From assembly GCA_013115145.1 (NCBI GenBank), contig JAAPAO010000074.1, positions 1 through 64,000 of the forward strand: a stretch of 64,000 bases of DNA. The letters are read 5' to 3'. The notes under the pieces were generated by a model. That model ran no database searches. It was not told the DNA's origin and worked only from the letters and a program-made list of their open reading frames with translations. Below, one piece after another: positions 1 to 10,149 of the stretch; positions within the stretch are counted from its first letter, which is position 1; each line of letters starts with the position of its first letter. Both the position numbers and the translations under genes were made by a program. The DNA is from Perkinsus chesapeaki ATCC PRA-425 (Eukaryota > Protista > Perkinsozoa).

Positions 1-30
1 CTACTCACTCATTCATTATGCCTGCATCCA

Positions 31-270
31 TCAACGAGTTGCGTCAAGAGAATGAACGGAACATCTTAACAATAATAACTCTTTAACGCCGCTGCTGTGC
101 CGAACAGTCATCCTGTAATTCATTCCTGCAGTGCTTGTGAATGATAGGTTGAACTTTGCTGGCTCGCGCCAAGATCCAGCAAAGGCATAACCGGTGAAGC
201 AGTAGTTATTGCCAGCGGGGCCGTTCCCGTCGACTACAAGTAATATCGTAAAAATGAGAGGTAGTCTCAT
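31..270 (-). CDS. Secreted protein, PAGNNYCF family (3' end diverged, possibly pseudogenised)
   Basis: ATG at 270 gives hydrophobic MRLPLIFTILLVV, then GPAGNNYCFTGYAF...AKFNLSF...MNYRMTV...GVKELL, collinear with the ORF at 1807-2238. Similarity is lost after GVKELL and the ORF stops early. Confidence 0.6.
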   Translation of the reverse strand: MRLPLIFTILLVVDGNGPAGNNYCFTGYAFAGSWREPAKFNLSFTSTAGMNYRMTVRHSSGVKELLLLRCSVHSLDATR

Positions 271-1240
271 CCGTGGAACGAATGGATAAAAACTGAAGGG
301 AAAACTGAGCCTCGAAAATGGACGTTGAGATGTGATGGGCAACTCTCTGTGAGATGTAATGATCATATGGTTGCCAAACCCGATACTCTACTGAATGTTG
401 GTAAGTTCTCGACTCGAGAATTTTGAGAACATCGGAGTCGGCCTAGGGTTTATTCGGGAGCGGGCGCGTCACCACGGAGACGGCATTCTGGTATAGGTCT
501 TGCGCCTGTCTTCCCGAAGATTCGGCGTTACCTACACGTATCGATACATAGACCCGCCTCCTTTCCTGCATAGGATTGTTGTATATTCATTTTGGAGTTG
601 CCGCAGCAGTGCCTCCTATATTGCTGCTGGTATATATAATATGGGCAGCAGTAGAACACACTTCAAGCAGAGCCATGTGGCCATTAGTGGCGAGTGGCTG
701 AGCCTTGGGCCAAAGCGGTGTCACACGTCGCAGAATGCTGCAAAGCCCTCCCTGTAACACTGGGAAATGGAGGGGCACGTAAAGCCGCTATACTATACTG
801 TATAGCATGTAACACTGCGCGTGCTTCTTCACAGGTACCATTGTGTAGACTCCGCTGTAGACTTGCCAAGTTGGGACTCTTCTCTAAATCTTAGTAGCTG
901 CTATTCTAGCTATCATACGAGCTTGCCTAATACCCTGGCCACTGCGGTTTTATTCTTAAGTGGTATTAGCAAGCCTTCAAGCCAGCTAGCCTTACTGTTA
1001 GCTTCAATCTCCTTTTACAGATTGGTTTGAAATCTGCTCATCGCTCATGGTTGTCTCGGCTTTTTCTTCTACCATCCAGTCACTCGATTCCAGTGTAATG
1101 CCCCAGATTATGTGAAGTACGATAACATACGTACGGACGTTGCTAAGCTGCTGTAGCTCACATTATTCGAGACCTAAGCCAACACAAATCATCCTGATCC
1201 ATTATAGGAGAGGGGCCACGTCCCGAAATGCCCGCGGAGT

Positions 1241-1327
1241 GTTACATGATGTAACTTACATCGTATGTAATAGATACGTTCTATATGGCTCTAAATGGTT
1301 ACATTATGTAACTTACATACTATGTAG
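1241..1327. repeat. Two 30-bp direct repeats (period 57), each built from TTACAT/ATGTAA palindromes
   Basis: 1241-1270 gttacatgatgtaacttacatcgtatgtaa versus 1298-1327 gttacattatgtaacttacatactatgtag (26/30 identical). Confidence 0.85.
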
Positions 1328-1806
1328 GTCTTCTCCGGTCAAGCTAAGTGGCTGGACTTCTATCTATATAGAAGCATTATGCTTCAAACATACCGTCACC
1401 CCTGTTGACAACGGGCTGTTGTTCATGCAAGAAGTTTGGATACCAATGGCGCTGTCAGCATCATTTAGTTATTACACCCATAGATAAGGGACAACAAACG
1501 ATAAACATCCGAGAGGCTTGGTCGGAGGCTCCGACTCGGAGCTGGTGCGATTGCGATGATGGTCTCACTCAGCTGAAATATCCCCGGGTTCTGGGTGGTA
1601 GAGCGACTATGAGAGCCTCATAATGAGACTCTATTCCAAGGGTTTACGAGTTTTGAACTCACTTTGAACGTCGCTCAGTGAATTCGACGAGATTGCAATC
1701 ACCATTGATGATTCATCAAAGATTTTTTAACTCACGTTGACGAAACTCAAGTCATTCCAGCCGAAGAAACAGAATGTGTATGCCAGAGACCGCAACAATC
1801 TCGGTA

Positions 1807-2238
1807 TCAACATTTAGAAAAGGTTCGAACCTTCCTAAAGGAGAAGAGAAACGTCGGCTGTCTCATCTTCAACTTGACTTCATCCTTCTCAGGGTTGTAT
1901 TCCAGCACACGAAGATCCTTCTGATAAACGTAGTGATAATCAGCATCAAATATTTCCTGTCCTTCTAGATCAGCGTTGATATGACCCGAGTTGCTGTCGT
2001 AAACGTAGGGGATGTTGTCTCTGGATAACAATTCTTCAACGCCTTTGCGGCGATTAACATTCATTCTAAAATTCATTCGTGAAGCGTCGACGAATGAAAG
2101 ACGGAACATTGCCCGTTTGCGTGAACGGTTATAAAAGGCGTAACCGGAGAAGCAGTAGTTGTTGCCGGCTGGAGTATTCTTGCCTAGTGCAGGTGATATC
2201 GTACTGAATGCCAAGCACAAGGTGAGAATGAGCTTCAT
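1807..2238 (-). CDS. Secreted protein, PAGNNYCF family (may continue in downstream exons)
   Basis: ATG at 2238 gives the signal peptide MKLILTLCLAFSTISPALG, then KNTPAGNNYCFSGYAFYNRSRKRAMFRLSF. Paralog of 31-270. Confidence 0.75.
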   Translation of the reverse strand: MKLILTLCLAFSTISPALGKNTPAGNNYCFSGYAFYNRSRKRAMFRLSFVDASRMNFRMNVNRRKGVEELLSRDNIPYVYDSNSGHINADLEGQEIFDADYHYVYQKDLRVLEYNPEKDEVKLKMRQPTFLFSFRKVRTFSKC

Positions 2239-2699
2239 CTTTGACTGCAGAGAACAAAACCTAACAACGGAAGATATGATACTCAAGTCAACCCCAAACG
2301 ACTGAACAAGCGACAAATCAGTGGAATAAAACGGCGGTAAGAGTGGCTAGAGTTAATGATGGAGCGGTGACACCAAGCGGGCGTCACTGTGTGGAAAGGC
2401 GGATCGCATGCATGGAGCTGTCCACTGTGAGCGAATAGTGCTACAAAGTTTAATATCCAAACTAACCTGTCTATTCGGCAGTAGAGTGGCGTCAGGGCCT
2501 TCAGGAAGGACTGCTGTTACGGCATTATCAGCAGTTGCAGACAGGGACACCACTCAGTAGGAAAGCAGTCCCTGCGTTGACCGTCACGCGGCGATTGGTG
2601 GAGGCGATTCGTGCCAGTATCTTGTGCGAGCAAATAGCTCCCATCCGCTACGTGATATGGAGTTCATGAAGAATCAACAATTACCGATATTTCACTAAT

Positions 2700-3515
2700 C
2701 CAGCGATAACCCATCATTAGAAACTTCGATGATGAATGTATGGGATGAGGAGGTTGCTAGGATTCATCGACTTGTAAGGCGAAAAAAGATAGCCGGAGTT
2801 GGCCGGGGAATGGGGTTCTGGCCGGCACAAAACGTCTTGCAATTGTGCGTCTGGACGGCGCGCCGTCGGGTCTCTGTTATCCTCGTGGAGTTATTGCCAT
2901 GAACTTGCGTAACCCTCACAATCCTTGATGACGTCGAAGATGCTTGTTCGTAGAAACTCCTGTAATAGGAGGCACAGATCTGCTACACTTAAAGCCTCGG
3001 AAACAGATTTCGGATGATATATCGATTGAACACTGGAAAGAGGTGTCGATGAAAGCGTCTCAAATTGAGAGAAAATTGAATTTTCTCTGCCTGAATTAGT
3101 CTCCGGTTGCCACTGGAGCTGCATGTGCCTAGTATTCCCCGATTATTGACCATAAACTTATAAGGTCAAGGAGTTTTCCCCGGCAGGGCTGAACGATGTG
3201 GCTCCACCTTCACGACGCTCCGACAGCTGAGGGCACAAGTGTTAATACGAATAATTTAAGAGTCGAGAATGTACGGGAAACGAACAACACGAGTCGCCAC
3301 TCTATGACATGCAACTGAAAGATGTAGTCTTTCCGCTATGTTGGATAGTACCAACCCGAAATGGCAATTCGGCGCCGCTCAACTACTTTAGGTTCACTAA
3401 CGAGATTTTGTAACTTGAGTAACGCAATGTCCAATGTGAATGAGTACAACAATGTATTGTGGGACGTTACAGCTTGGTAGCTGAACAACTAAAGATATCA
3501 TGTTACGTTATCATC
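2700..3515. repeat. Dispersed repeat copy A (with ~365 bp extra segment at 2868-3232)
   Basis: 3233-3515 aligns to 9869-10149 with ~10 substitutions and one 2-bp indel. 2760-2867 aligns to 9758-9863. Weaker similarity extends further left. Confidence 0.9.
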
Positions 3516-5400
3516 AAGTCCTGGTCCGAAACCCTGTAGCCTCCCTGAAGGAGAGTGGGGAATGTGATAACCCATCTCACGGCCCGGACCCTTCCGCTTG
3601 GACTCCGGAGCCTTTGCGTTGACCCTCTCGAGGGTGTACACTAAGAGATTGTTCAACCGCATACATTCATCCGATGAGTGACTCTTCGATTCGAAGAAGC
3701 GTGACCATGCCAGTAAGCCATCGACGAACGCTAGGAAATGGGCGGCACCGTCAGTACTATACGCTTCCGGGATAGCCGTCGAAAAGAGGGAGTGTATGTA
3801 AAGAAGGAGCAATCCTGAATAATTTATGTAAAGTATGTCCATCTGGAGCAAAGTAGGAGAATCCGAACAAATGCACAGAACTCTCTTCGTCCTCCAGGTT
3901 GAAAAAAGCTTGCCCAACGTCCAATCCTGCATTCCAAATATCGGAATCCGATAATTAGACGCCGGCATCTCGCTAAACACTTATCGACTGACCGCGAGTA
4001 AGTCCCCCAGCTTGGGAGCAAGTCTTGAGCCGATTCGTTGAGAGACCTCTCGTCCACGACCAAGCGGTAGGCGCGGTCTACGTTATGTACTGTCAGCTTT
4101 TCCTTCACATCCCTTGATGGGCTCTTAGGGACCGCAAAGGCCGGAGAGACCCAAACTCGGCGGCATTCAACGACCGCACGCGTGAGCCGCGTCATGACTC
4201 CCGCCTTGACAAGGTTGTCCACCATGAGCTCCATCACGCACATTTCCCGCTTATGTCATAGATATGGCTTTTGGGACATGTGCGAATAGCTCCTGGTATC
4301 AGTTAGACAGAAACCTTAGGAAGGACCAATTTCGTAGACGGACACCCATCCCTGCCTTGCTCGGGAGCTTCAGTCGGGTGTCCGCCACGAGGTCGGTCCT
4401 CGGAGGGCCGCCACCCGAGTACTCCTGTAGAGAACCTAGGGCCATGCCGAGCAGTGTTGTTCAGTACAACTGCAAAGCGGAATGGGAACAGTGTTATGGG
4501 GGCACAAGTTGTGTCGACGGTTCGGGGCCGTGCCCGGCAGTTTGTGTTACGATCGGAAGGCGTTGAGGAAATAAAAGGTACCAATATTGAATCACTGTGA
4601 ATGCCCTCAGGTTCGTGGTATCCTCTGGACGACCTGATGGTCAAGCCAGCTGCGTTGCCGCTCAAGTGGAAGATTTTTAACCCAACCCACAGTGAGAGTC
4701 CAAGATAGCATTTGGGGGGGACTAGGAAAAGAAGCGGCAGCAGTTGTACCGAGTGTCGAGATTTTCGTCTAGAAAACAATGATGACTGATACTCTTGTGC
4801 TGTTCATTCTTCATTTGTGTATGCGTGCAGAATCTGCGCTGCAGATCGTCGTGAGGCGTCACTAAGTACAAGCAGCCTTGCAAAGTTAAGTTACAAGTTA
4901 GGTACAACTTCATTTACCGCAACCACTATAGTCATGTTCTTAGTATTGGCACAGGGTCTCCACCGCTCATGACTTCTCGTGTATTACTCCCTGCACATAG
5001 CAGGGATGAGAACCCGATTGGGGTTCTCGCACCGCACATCACCTGGGGCACGTGTACCACCGGCAGTGGAGCGCGCCCCTTCCTAATCACTTAAGCGCGG
5101 GGCTTCTCCATAAGCTCCGTGGCACCAATCAGGCACCAAAAGACCCGATCAATTGTGCTTGATAGACGAGTCAGGGACTCGGAGTCCCGGCTTCCAGTCC
5201 GGGTTGAGGGTTTCGCGATCCTGAGGTTTCTTCTTATCGTTAGTTGTCTCGTCTCTCACCTGTGTGTGAGAAGCGACTCTTATCGTCCCCAAACTAAAAG
5301 TTCATCTTCTTTAACCGAGTCTGACATTGAGTCCTACCACGGTGGCTACAACACCTCGTTCCTCTCTGAGAGGGCCTCTCATCGAGTAGTGCCGAAGTAA
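3498..5400 (-). mobile_element. Decayed retrotransposon pol remnant (Ty3/Gypsy-like reverse transcriptase)
   Basis: SQKPYL*...VDNLVKAGVM...SPAFAVPK...YRLVVDERSLNE matches the Gypsy-type RT N-terminus. After a frameshift come LGKLFSTW...AFVDGLL (YxDD-like motif with D>G) and MGYHI. Stops and frameshifts throughout. Confidence 0.8.
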
Positions 5401-5480
5401 CCAGTAGCTAGATGAAATTCGTGGCAGACATCACCCAGTGATCATCGCTGGCAAGTTATTCTCCCGTGCCCCTCCTCGCC

Positions 5481-8400
5481 ATGCTCCTCAATATGATTCT
5501 CCTCGCAGCAGGCGCTGCTTCGCAGAGACAACCGGCTACTCACGAGAAGTCTTTGGTAGATAGCCGTTCAGCTTCCGTCTACGCTGCTGGTAGAAGAATA
5601 GTTTCCATGCTCATGACTGATTATCTCCACAGACTCGCATCGGCTCCGCCGTTCTGGATCTCATATTGTAGACGGCGTCCAAGACAAGGAAGCTGTTGCT
5701 TCTGGGTACCGTAAGCTTTTTTGCTTGTCTTCTCGTGATCACGCTCCCCATACCATATCGTTTTATGGCCAAGGGCCTATAGCTGAGGGGGTTTTGTTCT
5801 GAGATTCATTAAACGTAGTGACCTTTTTGGTTCCCGATAAGTTTTGGTAGGTATTTTGAAGATACCCTTATGACTAAAGGCTTTGGAGTTCTGGAGATAA
5901 GTAAGTTGCATTCACGGCTCTCATACCGGATTTATACCATGCTACTACGATACTAGCCACCAGTCGTGCGCATGGCACAAGCAGCGATGCAGCATCATCG
6001 TTTGTGCCAGAGACATCATATGGGTGAGAACGTGACATTCAAGTTGTCGCACGAGGGCATATGCCCACACATTGTAGAGTTTGTAACACCGAAGTCTTCG
6101 ACGTCGCTCAAATATTTATCGCTTGTTTTCCTGAGTCATCTGTTAGGTACCAACGAGTCGTTTTCCTCTGACCGTCAAGCTTTCGAGGCCGGGTAGTGAG
6201 CACTGTTGATTATGACGACTAGAGCTGCTGGCAACATTGCTCGGGTTTTTTGTTAGTTACCTCGAGGTCCATCTGACAGGTCATCGCATCATTGACCACT
6301 TCCGAAACTTGAGGGACACCTTTGTGGAAAGTGTCGACGCGCCTTTCTCCGAAGTCAGCACTGCATGGATATGTGTTGTCTAGCTCGACGTTATCAGGAT
6401 GTGCTCGCTTTGTTGAGGAAACAGTACGAGTGGTTTGAGGGACAGGTTGAGGCGAACACCAATGCCGATAGCACAGCTTCAGGCAGGAGCTCACCCGGAA
6501 TGTCGCATCGTCTGGACACTTAAGGGTTCTCCTGGTTTCAGGTATGCGGCACCAAAAGAAGCAGCAGAAGTACTGGAAAACTGCAAGATTCGTATTACAA
6601 CAGTTCAAAGGAGAAGTGGCGGGCATTGAGAAGTGAGTGCTCATAATACTAGCTAAAGGTTTCATGTGTAGCTGGAGCCCAACCAATACTGGGCGGTCTC
6701 TATGGCTGCTAAACCCTTTGCCTAACTCTGTGGGTTATTGTGCTGCTTGATCAGTTACTTCGTCGAACATCGAATCACCAACGAGACCTACAATGCGGAT
6801 CCATGGCAGATTGCCGCCGTTCTCAACGCCGCCGGTGATATGATGGACATAATGTAAGATTTATAATGTACGCGCATGTGATTCAATTCTTGGCAGGCAG
6901 ATGGCAGGTGTCTCAACGAGGCACCTAGAAGCGTACTCCGTAGACATGAGGTAAGTACCATTGGTAGAGTCTCCAATTGGCCAAAGGAATATTTCTGATA
7001 TGTCTGGGTATGGATAACAGTATTTCTACCGACCTGGAGTACGAACACTACACCACTCCCGCCCCTATTAACCCGCTCGAGTCGAGTGGGTTAATTGGGG
7101 CTAGAATTGGAACGAATAGGACGTCCCGAAAATATTCGAGGGCCTCGACAGTAGTAACTTCAATTTCGACGGCCGAACGCGATTTAGGTTGAAGATTCTC
7201 GTTCAGGAACTTCAATTTCGTCACAGTTTTCTAAGAATCACAACATTTCAACTGAATTTCGGAACTTCAGTCACAACAATTTTACGAAACGAAAGAAATC
7301 CAATTTCGACACATACTAGCCACGATTATTTTTCGAGCCTTACTGAAGGTGCGAATTATGTTTGGTCTGATGGTCTCAGGGATTTGCTTTCTTCAAGATG
7401 TACAGCACTGGTAGCGGTTTCACCAGATTATTCGGATTTGAGGCTTGGACATGCAACTTGGTTCACGTGAGTTTCCGACGCAATTCTGTATAATTATGTA
7501 TGTAACTGATCGAGAGCCAAGCATCTATAATGAAGGTTAATATCCCTTTTGACCCATCGAGCCGCAAGTAACTCAGTGCTAATCCAAGGAGCTCGTCGAT
7601 TTCTGGTACCCCTCAAACCAACTATTGGCATTCATTGATCTTACATTGGCTCAGAACCATTTGTCACCATTTGTGACTATTTGTCGACTTTCTCAATTAC
7701 TCGGCAACCAGTAGAATCTACAAGCACTACCATTTCAATTTCAAAGAGAATAAGGCAAAAGTAGATGTTGTATCATGCTCACCATTCTGATGATATCCAT
7801 TCAGTCAATGAGCTTCTCTTCGTACCCTGGGACTCTAGTCTCATTGGATGATTATTACCTCATGAGCTCTGGCTTAGCAATGATTCAAACTTCTCTTACT
7901 GTGGGGGACCCGAGCATCAGACAAAATCTCACCATGGAAGCGCTTTTGGCGTGGCAACGTAAAATCGGTTGACCTCCCGTGGAATGAGTGCTTATACTTA
8001 GGTGTTAGAATTGCCAATCATTTAGCGAAAGGTGGAAGACGATGGTTCGAGCTGCTACAACAGTACAACAGCGGTACTTATAGCAATCAGTAAGCACATG
8101 CAAACTCTCGCACCATCGTTTAGCAAGGACTCTCTTTGGTTCTTATCTTTAAACTCAAAAGATGAGGTAGCTGTGCAACGCGTTTCGCAGGTACACAGTT
8201 GTCGACTTTAAGAGGTTTACGCCCAGAAAAGAGCTAAAAAAGGGTCTCTTATGGGTTATAGAGTCCGTTCCAGGTGGGCCGTTACTGAGCCGTAACAAGA
8301 GTAAATATTGAAGAGTTCACTTCTTCCTTCCGTAGGCCTGACAGTTGGCAAAGATATGACGGAAGTTCTGAAATGGGGATACTGGGGATCGTAAGCTTCC

Positions 8401-9376
8401 TGTATTCTCGGTCGACTGTGATCATCCAGTCGCTACCAGAGCTTGTATCCCCGTGACATTATGTAGACGTGAAATGCTGCTCAAAACATCACGCATTCGC
8501 TGTAGCTGCGAGTAATTCCAGACAACGACAAGTTTGCTCCGGAAAATACCCTCTCAAAGGGATCCCACCAGGGGCCTTCAGAAACAACTCCATACCTGTT
8601 AGGTACAACGCTCCCTATTTCCCGGAAGTTCGAAAAGCTACAAAATATGAATATTGGTAGTATGCCATGTCCATAACAACTACACGTTGATTCCGCAGGT
8701 ACAATATCTCTGGTATGGACAAATTCTCTTTCAGCTTGACTACCAGAGGCAAAGTGCTCAGACGTGATAGCCACGAAGCTACCAAAACGAGCGAAGTAAG
8801 TCTTTTTACCGAGGTTATGGATGACCCAGCTCGATTAGGTGATGGATTTAGCTCAGCTTATCAGGAGAAATCGTTATAAGACAGATCCCTTATTGAATGG
8901 GGACGTATTTGGAGACCTATGCGCTCGTGGAGATTTGCGACAGGGTCGGTCGGTGAGTCCATTATGATGATTTCATTTCCGACAGATGTGTTAGGTTGCT
9001 ATTGGGTGCTTTGATTCGAAGGCTACGAATTACTCATGGGGATATCAACACATGAGAACTCTTATTCAGTCTGGACCACCCGTGTAGGTTGACTGCTATC
9101 AACTTGTTTCCGTTGATAGTCTTCTTTGTGGACGAGCAGATACGGTGATGACCTGAAGCCCTTCAACTGGAATGAATTTGATAACAAGTCTGGCGCGGTT
9201 AGGGCTTCTCACCGTGGCCTCCCGAATGAGTGAGGTCCCATTGTTAGTTATCTTATTTGTAGATACCCTCCGCTTCCTAAGGTATATTCATTGATAGGTA
9301 CAACTTCTCTTGGGCAGTGGTTGAACCAAAATACAAGTTGGAGCATGACAAGAATGAAGAAGAAGAAGACGACTGA
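5481..9376 (+). CDS. Phospholipase B-like protein (PLBD/laminin-A-like Ntn hydrolase), multi-exon
   Basis: Signal-like MLLNMILLAAGAA. Exons encode YWKTARFVLQQFKG, CTALVAVSPDYSDLRLGHATWF (nucleophile Cys), FSSYPGTLVSLDDYYLMSSGL, VRIANHLAKGGRRWFELLQQYNSGTYSNQ, GYWGSYNAPYFPEV, RNRYKTDPL, GCFDSKAT, HRGLPN and YNFSW...EEEEDD*. Confidence 0.9.
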
Positions 9377-9699
9377 TGAACTGACTTGAATGAGGACGCC
9401 GAGGCCGAGGTTTACGTTTAGAGCGTCTAGCGGCTGATGATCAGCTTCGCTGAATGATTCCCTTGGCTCCAGAGTGGCTGAGTTTTATAATGAGTTATTC
9501 TTATCTGAGCTACAAGAAAGATTTTTACTACCAATTTCGAGAGGCTTACGTGTTTTACGGCTTCCATTCAGCTTAAGACACCATTCATCAACGAATTGCG
9601 TTTACTAGTGATCGAACACTTTTGTGCGTGCTCCAGGCAATCATTGGAGTTGCACCCGTAAAACGTGTGAGCAGTGATTTACATCTATTCTCCTTCCTC

Positions 9700-10149
9700 A
9701 GTGATGACTCCTCATTAGCAACCCCAATGATGACTGAATAGATTAAATAGATCGCTCGGATTCATCGACCAGTAAGGCGGACGAAAAGCCAGAGTTCGCT
9801 GGCGAATAGGGTTCTGACCGGCACAAAACGTCTTGCAATTGTGCGTCTTGACGGCGCGCCGTCAAGACGCACAAGTGTTAATACGAATAATTTAAGAGTC
9901 GGGAATGTACGGGAAACGAACAACACGAGTCGCCACTCTATGACATGCAACTGAAAGATGTAGTCTCTCCGATGTTGGACGGTACCAACCCGAAATGGCA
10001 TTTCGGCGCCGCTCAACTACTTTAGGTTCACTAACAAGATTATGTAAGTTGAGTAACGCAATGTCCAATGTGAATGAGTACAACAATGTATTGAGGGACA
10101 TTACAGCTTGGTAGCTGAACAACTAAAGATATCATGTTACGTTATCATC
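9700..10149. repeat. Dispersed repeat copy B
   Basis: Direct-orientation copy of 2700-3515 lacking the 2868-3232 segment. Confidence 0.9.
9839..9874. repeat. Perfect 36-bp palindrome
   Basis: ttgtgcgtcttgacggcgcgccgtcaagacgcacaa equals its own reverse complement and is centred on GGCGCGCC. Confidence 0.95.

Noticed and set aside
4460-4530. VDTTCAPITL as a retroviral-type protease active site
   Set aside because: Lacks the D[ST]G glycine and has no supporting downstream motif.
4988-5030. Two adjacent short hairpins (6- and 8-bp stems)
   Set aside because: Stems too short to distinguish from chance within decayed element sequence.
7150-7320. Recurrent aacttcaatttcg motif inside the phospholipase B gene
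   Set aside because: Short, irregular and degenerate; most likely intronic low-complexity sequence, not an array or CRISPR.
2700-10149. A single intact LTR retrotransposon bounded by the two repeats
   Set aside because: No TG..CA termini, primer-binding site, polypurine tract or target-site duplication found; no integrase or RNase H; a gag-like region lies outside the right repeat.
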